A stretch of DNA of 63,660 nt, the filler included, from Lenisia limosa (lineage: Eukaryota > Protista > Breviatea): assembly GCA_001655205.1 (NCBI GenBank). It is 15 parts of 15 records of this genome, joined end to end, with 100 filler letters (N's around TTAATTAATTAA, not from the genome) between each part and the next. Parts side by side here need not be neighbours in the genome. Positions count along the whole stretch, not along the records: positions 1 to 12,942 come from LPNZ01005776.1; 14 more parts are not named here. One strand, written 5' to 3'. Positions within the stretch are counted from its first letter, which is position 1, and each line of letters starts with the position of its first letter. The position numbers were made by a program, and so were the translations under genes. Under the pieces are notes generated by a model. The model ran no database searches. It worked only from the letters and a program-made list of their open reading frames with translations, and had not been told where the DNA came from. Shown here piece by piece: positions 1 to 12,998 of the stretch.

Positions 1-246
1 TAGCTTTTTTTTGGTAACAAAACGGGTTATTCTTCTCAATATTCTGAGGTTTGTGTTGATTCCTCCTCTGTTGTCTTTTTGGGGGAGGGGGAAATATATT
101 TGGCTGTGGGAATAGCCTTGCTTTCACTCTGGTCCAAAAAGACATGAGTATCGCTTTGCTCTTTCCATTTCCTTCTTTTTCAAACATATGTTTAACTGCA
201 TATCTTTTTTGGTTGAAACAGTATCATTTTCCTTCATTAGTTAGAA

Positions 247-963
247 ATGCCGCGACAGTATTACTGCTCCATCTGCAGCTATAACGTCTTGGCCATCTTC
301 CACCCAATCAGCAATCTACCAAAAAGGTTTGGGAAGGGTGTAGAATTATGTTATATAGTATATGTATACATGAAGACATGTGTAAATGTCAAAATCAAGG
401 ATTAGAGCCCCTGACACTAAGTACAGAATACCAAAATATGTCTCTGCTTACTCACGTTATAGACTTGCTGATGACGCGCGAGTTTGTGAAGATAAAGTTT
501 ATGTGGAAAGCAATGCCCTAATTCCTTCAAGAAAGAAGGTGTATCTTCAAAGGTAGGTAGACAATGATATTTCAAAGAAATTTTACAATAATATTAATTT
601 CATTTTTTTATTTTCCAGAGTATCTTTTCCGATATTGTCTTTGGAAATTTGACCCTCTTTTTTAAGTTTTTGAAAGCCCAATTACAGATCCGGTTTTCCT
701 TTTTGCTTACTCTGATAGACCCGGGGGTGTTGAGGTCCAATTCAGGTTGCTTTGTCCAAATTGTGGCGTTTTGGTAGCNNNNNNNNNNNNNNNNNNNNNN
801 NNNNNNNNNNNNNNNNNNNNNNNNNNNNNNNNNNNNNNNNNNNNNNNNTTCTGACAGCATTGACTACTTCTCATTTCAACGTCGTCTTATTTTGTGTAGG
901 ACAAAACAGGATGGAAAGTATTTGTACTTGATTGAGAAGGCTCTTTCAGACTTTAAGTTTTAA
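247..963 (+). CDS. STEEP1: STEEP1/CXorf56 (UPF0428) homolog, 4 exons (247-326, 463-552, 719-into N run, 900-963)
   Basis: Phase-consistent GT-AG splicing gives MPRQYYCSICSYNVLAIFHPISNLPKRLADDARV...KVYLQRPGGVEVQFRLLCPNCGVLVA...YLYLIEKAL. This matches the family pattern YYC.C...L...LP.R..D..RV...YL.RP.G.E.Q.R..C..CG. Part of exon 3 is hidden by Ns. Confidence 0.75.
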
Positions 964-1089
964 ACTGTTGGAGGGTTGAGGATCTTTACATTTCATATTC
1001 TACCTCCTTTCCATATTTGATATCATATATTATTCAGTTTCGAGCAAACGACCCAATCATTCTTATCCCAGATTGAACCGACCGACTTA

Positions 1090-2720
1090 ACAGGACTCCT
1101 GTTTGCAATCCTGCGAACCATAGCAGGTTATGGTTTGTCAAACTTTCTGAAGATAAACTGTTCCTTTTTCAAATAATAATGGGAGCAAGAGAGACTGCCT
1201 GAATGAAAGTCATAAATATCAAATATGGAACTATGTACACCCCCTCCCCATACGCCCCTCGAGGTTTCATCCAAGTCAAAAAAACTACCCTGAAACACAA
1301 CTGTGGAAAAAGGAAAGAAATGCATTGAATAAGGTTGTCAAAACAATAATAGATAAATATAATTAAGAAACGATAATATTAAGAAAGATTTCAACAGGAT
1401 CTACAACAAGAAGACAAACATCAAAGAAAAAGAAATAGAGGGGGTGCGAATTACCACGTAACGCTACCGTTAGGTGGGAAAATATTCGCCATTGCGGAAG
1501 GGTATGTGGCACTGGGGTCCGCGGATCCTTCAATAAGCGAGGAAAGAACCTGATGAGTAAAGCAAGGTATAGCTGAAACAAAGCGAAGCTAAATCCTCAA
1601 ATACAGATAAATGCCGAATATTGTCTTTCTTGCCCACCTTGAGCCTTTCGTCAGTGGACACCGGCCGGCGACTGAGGAGGGTGTCGCGCTCGGTGTCGTC
1701 TTCTGGCACGGAGATGGAGGATTTGGCAAAGTCACGTGACAGGGGGCTGGCATATGGCATGGATGATGGCCTTCCGTTCCAGTTGTTCGTGCTAGCCTCT
1801 TCTGGGGGGGGGGGGGNNNNNNNNNNNNNNNNNNNNNNNNNNNNNNNNNNNNNNNNNNNNNNNNNNNNNNNNNNNNNNNNNNNNNNNNNNAAGATACAAC
1901 TCAAGATTGCAGCCATGGTTCAATCTCATTAATTGTCTATTGCGGTCTCGACTCGCCAACAGATTGGAGCCACTCTCCTACCATACTCACTGGCCGGCTC
2001 GGATGGAGACACTTTCCGGGCCATGGGAGGAGAGAGCTTGGTAGAGGTGAAGGATCCGATGGACTCCATGGATGACGTGGCAGAGTACGCCTGCTCGGTG
2101 CGCTGCTGTGTGAATAGCATGTTGGGAATGCAAATTCAGAAAGCTGAGCCCCCACCCCCCACAGGCTTCTGCCAAATGTCATCACCCTCCTGAGCAGTAG
2201 GAGACACGGGGTGGCTTCCGCTGCCGGGGGCAAGGGGCTGTTGTTGGGCTGGGCGTGGTGGCCTGCTGGCTGTGGCCTGGGGGGTTAGCTCCAAGACTCA
2301 TTATCAATATACATATGAACATCGATAATATAAGAAAATTAAGATGATTATAGCTAATCTTGATACAGCTGGTGATAATAGGACCTACCTGAGGAAGAGC
2401 CGAATACACGCCGGAGGATGGAAGGTTGTGGTTACCAAGGTTGGCAGAAATGGCATCATTCAGATCCTAATATCGTAACCCAAATGAAATATCGTTAACC
2501 CAAGGGTAATGAAAAAGTTATGCGAGTCAATATTGTTAATAATAAAACAACTTAGAACACGTAACAAGAATCAGCATTGGGTATGATATTTTGGCCACAG
2601 CAACCCCCCATACCTGGTTGGAATGAGACGACGTCAGCGTCAGACTGTCCATTGACTCTGCCAGGGGGTCTTCCTGAAGGGTGACAAGGCTCTCGACCGT
2701 ATCAGGAACGATGCAATAAC
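1090..2720 (-). CDS. Multi-exon gene of unknown product, Ser/Pro-rich exons; may be the 3' part of the CCCH gene
   Basis: Several GC-richer blocks bounded by AG/GT on the minus strand (e.g. ...SSISVPEDDTERDTLLSRRPVSTDERLK, LCFRVVFLTWMKPRG, QSLLLPLLFEKGTVYLQK). No recognisable domain; boundaries approximate. Confidence 0.3.
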
Positions 2721-2998
2721 CCAATAAATCTGATATCAATATCTATATTTTTGGGTATAGCCGAGGGATAAGCAGTAAAGGAGTTGAAGGTGTGTCACCC
2801 CACAAACAGCCAGGTGCCCAAGGTTGCCACTAGCGCCAGTAGGGGACACAGACTCCGAATGCGGCTTAGAGGTGACATTCTAAAGGGTTAGTGCAAACAG
2901 CGCAAAGAGAGCTATTTTACAATAGGAAGTAATCACGAGAAGCTTCTTAAAGAGGACGTATTAAGATGATTTCCAGCTCACATGATAGTTCTGCTGCC

Positions 2999-4748
2999 TC
3001 ACGTATGCGCTGGTCTGGGGAATGTACTTGTTGTACAAGTCTCCATGCTCAACTGAAACGTGATAACCGGCCTAAACGTATTGCACCGCTTGTTTCCTTG
3101 GTTAAAACCATGATGTCTTGTGCTAAAGTGTGTAGTAAATGCTAATATTATACAAACAAAAGACCCACGATGGGGATTGTGGACGTGTTGGTGAGAAGCG
3201 TACTGCCCGCCGTACACTTGGTTGTATCCGCCCATCTACTGAGTCAGCGCTGGTGTTTCTCATGAAATATATAGGTAAGCTCTTCGATTATTTGAAATTA
3301 ATTGCCCTTTTCCACATCGTTAATAAGATATGGCTATCAACAATATTTGGAATTCCATTATTGTCGCCAAGAAGCCATAATACTGTCCAAATGCATGTCC
3401 TGCAAACCTGTCCCATGTGCTGGTTAACAAGAGGCACGTACTGCTGCTGGCCGTAGTACTTGTGCTGAGGCTGGGGGACGGCGTGCTTGTGGTTCATACG
3501 TGGTTGCTCGTAGTACATGCCATGAGTGTCCTGCGAGGTGTTATTGCAGGAAGTATTTACCGCCATTTCAACTGAAGCGGCGGGGTAACTATTGCGTTGC
3601 CGCTTGTGATTGGTTTTGGGGACAAAAAGAAATGAAGTTCTCATAAACCCTCGAAAACAGAGCGAAAACACGTCCCTATTTGCGCAGGCATTTTGTAGCC
3701 GAAGTCAGGCCTAATATCAGCCAACCTGATGGTGCTTCCTTGCCGGAGCCTTGATACTCTCATGCGGGTTATGGGGAACATTGCCAACGGAGAGCGAGTT
3801 CGACTGATCAGTTAACATGAACATTTCTAACAACAACATCAACCCCGCGTCCAAGCCATAGCACCCCATCACCTTGGTCCGCTCAGCTTGATGTTCCTCA
3901 GAAGTGGGTGGCCATGTCGATGCTGCAACACCCTCCTCCTTCTCAACGTAGGTCGTGGGAGGGGGCATCATTTGAACACCTCCATCTCTGAACAATAAGA
4001 CAGGAGGGGGTGTGGAACTCGAATATTCTCAACGGCACAAGAAGAAAAGAGCTCGGGATGGAAGACGAACCTGCTTTGCCTGACTTGCATGTGAGCACTG
4101 TCGTACTCTGTAAGTGTGTTTCCAAGAGGGACACCTTGGGCGATGAGCTCATCATACTCTTCTGGAGACCTGATGAGTTTGGTGGTGCGCTTGCCCTTAA
4201 AGCGAGGCCTCAGATCATTGGGAGTGTGTGCAAAAGAGCATCTAAAGAGTAAGATAACATACAGAAGAAGAGGAACTTACCGATCACCCATTTTACAGTC
4301 GCCTCGGAGAAAGAAGCGGCACATATCTGAAAGGATAAGCTTAGAACAGGGTTCCATGAGGACAACAGCTAAATAAAACACAAAATGACAATGCCCAAAA
4401 TACAACTACATTACTTCAACTCCATAATTCATCGTCACATACCGATTTTGTAATTCCATGGCCGATTCTTTGTTGTATCACGCTCTCGAGCAACATAAAC
4501 TTGCTGGGATCGACCCGGCTGGACATAATTTCCAGCAGCAAGAAAATCTAAAACGTTAACATTGACATCAGGAGCCAGGGATCGAGAACTGGCAACATAC
4601 TGTCGATATTCACGCCAGCTGGTAAATCTAAGCGAACACCACCGTCCGGTCGATGGACTAGCACTCCTCCCATTGGTAGGTTGTGTGGAACACCATACGA
4701 TTGTTGTGAACGAGGATAGTAGAACTCTTGATGTTCGACCGAAGCCAT
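2999..4748 (-). CDS. CCCH zinc-finger protein with Q/H/Y/P-rich low-complexity C-terminal exons
   Basis: Splicing a 39-nt GT-AG intron (4242-4280) gives MCRFFLRGDCKMGDRCSFAH = C-x7-C-x5-C-x3-H. Flanking exons are phase-compatible; start and end are uncertain. Confidence 0.65.
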
Positions 4749-5289
4749 CTTGACTCAAAGTTGCCTTATTTATCTATTATTCTACTGTTGTTACTACTAC
4801 TTTGACTTCTAAACTACACAATCTCTGCGCTGGATTCACTAAGAATAATAAACCTATACTAAAGATATACAGTTAACTTCAAATATATATATACCTAGAC
4901 TAATTCTATCAAAAGCTGAAAAGAAAAGAGAAATCGAGAATTTCCAATTATGGTTACAATTTCCCCGGTGGCGGCAGATGTAATTCTCCGCCATTTTCGT
5001 CAGCTGCAGTCCCTCTTTTGCACGCTCCTGCTGTATTATGTCAGAATTAACACGAGATTTATTAACCGAGCTGGGGGAGGCGATTTGGAACCTCTCTCCT
5101 GATTTCCCCCTAAAATTTGCCTGTAATCGAGGAATAGGTCGGCTGGTCAACGGGCTAGAGCTCGTAATATATATATATATATATATATTGATTCCTTGAT
5201 CAGCTTTTACCATGATTTTGTTACTTTTTTAAGGTTATGAGGAAAGACCCCCCCTCCCCATTTTATTTTATTTTTTATTGTCATGCTGA

Positions 5290-5859
5290 TGATACAGGTG
5301 TGTTGCTGTTGTCTCCGTCATTCTGGCTAAAAACGGCATCGTTGACAGGTTTTTCCTTATTTGCTGCGCTGCTGGTGTTTGCTATCCTTTATGTTCTGAA
5401 GGGATGGACCAGGTTGGCGAGGTCAGCCATATGGAGTAGTGTTAAGCGAANNNNNNNNNNNNNNNNNNNNNNNNNNNNNNNNNNNNNNNNNNNNNNNNNN
5501 NNNNNNNNNNNNNNNNNNNNNNNNNNNNNNNNNNNNNNNNNNNNNNNNNNNNNNNNNNNNNNNNNNNNNNNNNNNNNNATACCATGCTCAGTATCTTAGA
5601 TAAATACTTCGTTGTAAAGATAGATTTTTCATTTCGCTGGTCTATGTTGATAATGTTGTTTAGGTCACAGCTCTGTGTCTCGTGCGCGGCAGTGTCGATC
5701 TTTGCCTTTGGAATGCTGGTCGGAAGTGACATCGGAAGGGCCTACAGTCGGGCCGAATCGTTTGCCATCCTTGCCGATAACGACAACGCTGTAGCAACGC
5801 TTATGGCGAACTGTTGGCGAGTTTTGCGAATAATAACTAAGACTCTTGGAGATTTATAG
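5290..5859 (+). CDS. Exons of a hydrophobic (membrane) protein, unknown
   Basis: Hydrophobic translations (LTGFSLFAALLVFAILYVLKG; AAVSIFAFGMLVG) bounded by AG/GT. Confidence 0.3.
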
Positions 5860-6389
5860 AGGAGTAAAGCTGTGAATAATGTGGTCAATGAGAAAAGTGG
5901 TATTGAGTATATGTTGATTCGTAAAAATGAAATATTATTAAATATCATCTGACCAGACAGCCGAAGAGCCCCTACTGAAATTTGAGGGAAAGACGGCTCT
6001 TCACTTCGCCTCTGCATCCAATAATGTTAACGCGGTCAAGAATATTGTTGCGTGCGTGGGGGCAGTTCCTTGTCTTAAAAGTTCATCTATGGGGGGCTGG
6101 GGGAGGCGAACATATACTATGGTGAGCTGGGGGAGGCGAGTATAGTCACATTGTTTGAATGTAGTAAATGCCAATAGCTCTCACACTCATCAATGTTCTC
6201 ACACTTGGCAGACAGTTAGAGTCGAGTGGCATTGACTGTTGCAAAGTGGAGGCAGAGCCCGAACGCGTATTGTTCTATAGGGGGTTGAAGAGCCCCATGA
6301 GGGAAGGTTGCCGAGGTTCTATTGCATTTTTGTTAGTTAATGCTGTTCAAATCTCTTTGATTTCCATTTCCGTATTTGATTGCAAATAG

Positions 6390-8560
6390 GGCTCCACGAG
6401 ACAGCAATTATGACGGCTGTCACCTCAGGATCGCTCAATACCCTTGCATACTGGGTGGACAAGGTAATTATGAAGGACTTTCTTGAGGAACGGAATGGGG
6501 TGCCTTTCTCTGTTGTCAACCGATAGAGATTTAGTTTTATTCAGTTCTTATCAAAATAAGGCCTCCATGTTCAGCCCACGACTTCTACAACGATATTCTA
6601 TGTTTAAAGTCACAGATTATCTGCTTTAACATGAACAGGGTTGTAGTGTAACGGACTGTCGAGCTGACGGCCACACTGCTGTTTCTCTTGCGGCTGAGAG
6701 AGGAAATATTTTGGCCCTCACACTCCTTTCTCAGAGTGGGCTTTGGAGTGCTTCTATTCGCCTTCTTAATAAATATTGTGGGGTTTTATTCCCTGATTTT
6801 TGTTTTTCAAAGCGACGGGTGTTTTTGATGTTGAGCCAGCAATAGATTTTGTTGTTTCATAATTTTTTTCCATTTTTACCAGACGCTTGAGTGATGGGAT
6901 ACGGTGCTGCAGAATCGACTGGCCTGGGCTTTGTTTTGTTGTGATCAACCCTCGTGTATAGTCAGGATCTTTGTGACATCACACGACAATAAGTCCCCCC
7001 CTTTGTAGTCTTCATATCTTGCTCCTTCCTCTAATGTGAGGACTAAGAGCCTTTACAGAGGACTGCTGAACAGCAGTGATGGAAATCTACAGGTTAATAA
7101 CACGATATCAAACATTGTCATCAGTCTTTTTTTCATAAATTTTCCAATTTCACTCCCCCCGCCCCCAGGCACATCTACTGAGGGTAAATGCCGTTCGCCT
7201 TTAAGTCCGATTCTCAGTGCCACGCAGGCAGGTCAGGCCGCTGCCTTGTCCCATCTCCTGCAGAATGGTGGGGGGGGGGGTGATGGTGGTAGAGGAGAGA
7301 TGCTATGAACATACATTAGATCTGGATCCCTCAGACATGTGCTGATTGTCCAGGATATTCGGCCGACGTTATCAATGAGTCGAATAACAATGAGAGTGCG
7401 GTGCACTATGCGGTTCGGATTAAGAACAGAGACTGTCTTGAAGTTCTCTTAGAACACGGTTTGTCAAAATACTTTTTTATTATTATTATTCCATTTGCTG
7501 CTCTCAGTATTGTATCCGCAAGTACTTCGAAATTTTCCACTATGTGCTACTGATGAATTCTTGTCTTACATAATAAAGGATATGCTCAGCCCTTGGTTTT
7601 ACTACCCCATTTTCTGAATCCTCAACTGATTAGATATTAGTTTTAAATACGAATCTTATATCATATATATATAGATATATATCGATATATATATATACTA
7701 TATCATATATCATATATAATCGTTGAATTCCATAGGCGCCTCAATGACACAGTGCAAACGAGGCTGCACCCCGATGTACCTTTCTTACGCTTGGATTGAG
7801 GGGCTGGAGATGCTTCTTGAACATGGTGGGTGAATGCTAATCAAGAGGGATATGAAAATGATACCATCCCCATATTCCCTTCAGTCCCTTTACCGTAAAG
7901 GGGCCGATATTGAGCTGGGGTGTCAAGGCACCAGTCCTCTTCTACTGGCACTGTTGAAGGGCCAAACCGAGCCTGCAGAGTTTCTCATTTCCAGAGGTTG
8001 GCTGAACCGCTGGGTCAAAATCCCTGATTTTGAAGGGACATTAAGTGATGTATTATAACCGGCTTCAATTCCAACCGTGTTGCAATGATATATTTGACAG
8101 ACACAGGAGCCTCCGTCCACTCGCGCACTGCTGCGGGTCTGACCGCTTTGCATGCGGCTGCCAAGGCCGACCTTCCCGATATGGTTCGGAAGCTGCTGGA
8201 AATGGGTGAGGGGTGACATTACGATGAAAACGGATACTTCGCTTATCTGTCCTTTGAAAGAGTTCGCGGGCTGCTTATTTTATTTCATCATAAATAATGC
8301 CACCTTGTTCATAAGAGGTAAATGGCACTCAATTATAAGCCCATCAAGAAGTCTTACAGTTTTAGGACTTGATCCTCAGGCTCTAACCAAAGGAAACTTC
8401 ACACCTCTACAGGTGGGTCTTATTATTTGGGGAGTGGGCGCCTATCCCTTATCCGAGCCTTTTTTTGGTCCCACCTTTCAGTCACCTTTGTTACCCGTTT
8501 TAGATAGCATACAGAGAGGAAAGCTCCGAGGCGATTGCTGTCCTTGAGGCGTGGAATTAA
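6390..8560 (+). CDS. Ankyrin-repeat protein, roughly one repeat per exon
   Basis: Exon translations: GHTAVSLAAERGNILALTLL, ESAVHYAVRIKNRDCLEVLLEHG, GCTPMYLSYAWIEGLEMLLEHG, GADIELGCQGTSPLLLALLKGQTEPAEFLISRG, GLTALHAAAKADLPDMVRKLLEMG. Terminal exon ends ...IAVLEAWN*. Confidence 0.85.
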
Positions 8561-8797
8561 TGTTTTGCTGCCTCGAGTGGAGGCGTTATAATGTAATAGA
8601 ATATGCCAAAGTCGGAGAGGACCGAGCAGAATGAGTCTTGATGTAATAAGCTCAACCTATCTGAATGATTTTTCGGGTTATGATTTTTCCGTTGGAGATC
8701 TAGAGATATGAAAAAACAAATATTACATCAGTAAAATCAGATTTACAAGAAAGAATAAAAAAACATAAAAACATACCATAAAATAACTATAGAGATC

Positions 8798-11700
8798 TCA
8801 ACTATTGACATAATGAGCAAGTACTTGTCTTATACGCGGCCTTTCTAATGGCTTTGCGATCTGCGAGGAAATTAATAATGTGACTGCTGGGAAAGATAGG
8901 TGACGAAGTATCGGGATATTATTAGGGGACCATAGGGAAGCCCAAATTATACCAGTATACCCCCTCACATGATCATCCATGCCGGACTCACGACTTCGTT
9001 TGCGATCAGCCTCGAGAGACATGGCTGTCAGAGCTATGACGGGGGTGTGTCGCGCTGAGGGGTGAGGCTTGTCAGAGAATGCTATATCAATTTATCAACG
9101 ATAAAAGTTTTTAAACCAAAGAAAGTTAGAAGAAGCTGGCTTTAAAATAATTGTTTAAAAAATACATACCAGGTCGCAAGCCTGCTTCGTAATCTCGAAT
9201 CTTGCGTGTGGCTGCGTAGCCATCCTNNNNNNNNNNNNNNNNNNNNNNNNNNNNNNNNNNNNNNNNNNNNNNNNNNNNNNNNNNNNNNNNNNNNNNNNNN
9301 NNNNNNNNNNAGAAGAATGAACAATAGACATAATAATACATAATTATATGAAAACAATACACGAATATTTCAACTCCATTGGTGGTCCATAAGCACACGC
9401 ACTTACCATAACAGGCATGTGACAGTCCATTAGCACCACGTCCGGCGGATCTTTCACGCACACCTTTTTCACAGCCTCTTGCCCTGCAACGTTATCATCA
9501 TGTGTAAACTGTTTCAACGTGTACTTGGAAAGATAGATAGTATGTCGAAATGGTGCCTCCCAACCGTCAGAGGCATGGGTGATGTCTGTTACGATTGTTT
9601 TAAGGAGCGCAATGCCGACACGGGTCATTAGCGGATTGTCCTAAACAGGTCATTAGCGGATTGTCCTAAACAGAAAATGGGGAAAACACCTCCAGACAAT
9701 GTTCAACATCCTTATTCCCTTGCACACCTCCACAAGAAGAACACGGGCTTGGATTTTCTCTCCTTTCATCTTCCGGGCAGGCTGAAGAGGTGAACAAATA
9801 TACCGTGTCTTGTCTATTTCCCCCAATTTTCATTATAGCCCACGATCAGCGTCCCGTTGTTTCCCTCATACCACGGAGAGTTGTATCGAGGACGAGTTGG
9901 GAATAATGGTGTCAGTGGCGGCTGAGAGAGAACTGACCCCCGTGTCACTACCTGCATAATGTGAGGGCTGGCAAAGTGCTCACCCACAGATACGGATCAT
10001 ACATACTAAATAACAAACATCAAATATGAAATTAAAAATGTGTTCAATAACACAAGCTTTACTGCAAAAAGAGAGTCGATGTTCACCAGGACGCACCTTT
10101 TCGCATGTGAGTGGGGCGGGCTCGAGGCGAGTTTGGCGCGGTCTGCGGCACTCCGTAGAGTGTAGGCTGCAAAATGAGGACAATTCGCATGGAACGAGAA
10201 GTAGCGAAACATAGCTAAAATTGGCCTTTGCGGGCCTCCAAACCTCATCTTCTGGGCTGCTGGGCGTGAGCGGCACGACCGGCAAATGGCCCTACAATGA
10301 GTAAAAAGGGCACCGCACAAAGAAGGGGGGATTGTTTTATAAAAAAAGCAATACATGTCCCTTTGCACTATGAGGGTAAGAGCTCACGTGAAGAAGGGAG
10401 GAGAGGTTCTCAGTATTGGCCCTAGCAGAGAGAGGCGGGCGTTCGTAGTCAGCGTCAGAGAGCATGCGCTGTTGTCGTGAGAGGAGAACGGCAATCAGGT
10501 CCCGTCTGCCTCTTAAGGGACTGTGGCAAACCTTTGGCGAAGGGGCGTCGACTCTTTTGAGATTGGTCTGCACGCGGGGTGACTGGATGACTGCACGTCC
10601 ATGGCTCTTGAAGTGCTGCAGCAGATGAGATGGGGGAGGGGTGGGGGGAGTAAAATTGGAAAATTAACGAAACAAAAATGCCCAAAATCGTCAATGTGAA
10701 TAGTAACGCTGAGGTGAATGCAACATGCAACTAAGAGAAACGCTATTGCCGATATTCTTGTTTTCGTTCCTCATATTAAGCAGCCCACTTCAGGTGGGCG
10801 TCGGCAGGACCGCAGGTTCATTTCAATTCGCGAGAGCTGAGCAATGTCACAAAGAGCAGATCTTGAGAAAGGATGGCGAATAATAGACAGTAGGTAAGGA
10901 TACCCGAAGATACTCAATGGCCTCACCTGGACAGGAAGCACTGGGCTGCTGAAGTTGAAGTCGGAGGCATCCACAATGGTCCGGGCAAACTTCTCATCTT
11001 CGGGTCCCACAAGCCTGGTTTCGGTGATTGGGGTGAAGTTTGTGTTGTATTGAGCAAAGGCAAACACCGTTTGGAATATTAAGGAAAACAGATTACTGAA
11101 GCAACCGTTACTGGTACTTGAGAATGAAAGAAAGGGCGGCGAAAAGGCCCGCACACCATCCCAGGACGGCTCCAAGCCCGAATGATGTTTCTCTGACCAG
11201 CGGCGGCTCCCACGCGGCTTTCGGTTCTATGGGAATTGTCGGTCGCACGTTAGAGACGTCTGAGTTGTGAGCTTCAGTTAGAAAACACATGAAACTGTAG
11301 CGATGTTTATCAAGGATGTATCAATGTTTATCAAGGATTTATCAATATGGTACCCCACCGATGACCGGACTGGAGAAAGTCATGTGGTGCTGTCTTCTAG
11401 CTGAAATGGAGTGTGCCTCAAGGAAGTTCACTGAGATCTCCTAAGGGGGTGTGAGGAGTGTCTGACAATGGCCGCAGAGAACTAGGTGAAAAATAACTCA
11501 AAAAAAGTTTCCATAGCCCATTAAGAGACAGTTGATACGAAAAAAGATGAACAACCCAAGCCGTGATAATCACAGTCGCTGCCCACTGCTGGTCGCTGGA
11601 GAGGGTCGGAATTGAAGGCCTCTTGTACCTGTGGCAGCGTACCGCCGGAACTGGTCTGAAATCGTCACACAATCAATACACAATGGTGCCTACCAAGACG

Positions 11701-12872
11701 TCTTCTTCGGCACTATCGACAACGATGGCGATTTCGTTGGAGTCTGTGCTTTGGCCAGACGGAGCTTGAACCGGGCTAAATGGTCAGTCTGGCACTACTG
11801 ATTGATATGTAACAGGCTGATCATACAAGTTAAAAGCCCCCCCCCCCCAGCATACCTTGCAGTCGATTGCTTTCGTGTTCTCAAGGACTGTCGTCGGGGC
11901 TTCTACAGAGCATCAAACAAATCTTGGAACAATATTGATCTGAGTGTATCGAGTCCTACATTCTGCGGGTCGGTACGGAGGCTGGCTCCCTTAAGGGGAA
12001 TATCAGGGTCTCGGGCTGGGGGGTGAGTATGTAGAAATGGGAAATGAAAAAGGTGCGTTGACCTAAGTATTATACTATATTATATCATATGTAAATTTTG
12101 AAGGAATATACAATAGAAGATTTGCTGTTGTTACAGAGAATGCTTTTTTAGCTTACGCGGAGACATTTCGGGCATCACATCGAGAGAGGGAAGGAAGGAC
12201 AGTGACGAGTTCGGTCTCTCTTGGGCCTGACTAACAAGCGCAAAGTCAAGCAGAACGATGTCGAACAGCTGCGGAGGGTGAATCAGGAAAATTCCTGGTA
12301 CCAAATGATAAAATACAAACCCATAGCAACTCTAATGGTGTCGTTGCCATACAGAAAACAATCAACCATTATCCCGCATTGGCAACCTTAAGGGGTGTGG
12401 TGGTGATAGGAGGCCAAATGTTGGATATCTCCACGTCCACTCCCGTGATCAGCGAAATTCCGTGGGCTAATACCTAGGATTGATAACTGACACACTTTAC
12501 CGGACAGCAGTACCCCAAGAATAGCCAGACCCCCTACCTGAGCAGTTCTGAGCTTGCGACACACCACCAGGCATTTGCACCCCGCGTAGACGGAATTGAG
12601 GCGAAGCGCCGGCACGGGCGGCCGGTCTGACGAATTATTGGTGAAGATACATATAAATTCGATAGTCATTAGACTGCAATAGAATTCTCGCTACAGTAAT
12701 CTGGTCACGACTACCATGCAAATCGGAGATAAATATTGACATAATAGACGATACTGCGGTAGTGTTGTTGCACCTTAATAAATTGACCCCACACTATGAA
12801 TTGAAAAGCCAGGCTTACGTGGAAGGGAGAAGGGGATTTCGATTGTAAAGGTGGAGCCTGTTCCAACCTGAA
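8798..12872 (-). CDS. Hybrid sensor histidine kinase, C-terminal part (end of HATPase_c plus two receiver domains); 5' part lost at the contig end
   Basis: Exon near 12820-12872 reads QVGTGSTFTIEIPF (HATPase_c terminus). First receiver: CLVVCRKLRTAQVLAHGISL...LFDIVLLDF. The terminal receiver splices to [66 protein letters not shown]...TPVIALTAMSLEADRKRSRESGMDDHIAKPLERPRIRQVLAHYVNS*. Confidence 0.9.
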
Positions 12873-12986
12873 CTGGTAAGAGAAAAAACAATAAAAACAC
12901 AGATATTAGGGTTCCAATTTGGTCAAAAACAAAAAAAGTTTTNNNNNNNNNNNNNNNNNNNNNNNNNNNNNNNNNNNNNNNNNNNN

Positions 12987-12998
12987 TTAATTAATTAA
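12987..12998. other. Artificial contig spacer TTAATTAATTAA inside N runs; recurs near 14441, 17909, 19559, 22071, 34186, 35726, 37765, 49931, 55013, 56599, 58459, 60277, 61883
   Basis: Identical 12-mer with stops in all six frames, always flanked by about 45-55 Ns on both sides. Confidence 0.95.
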
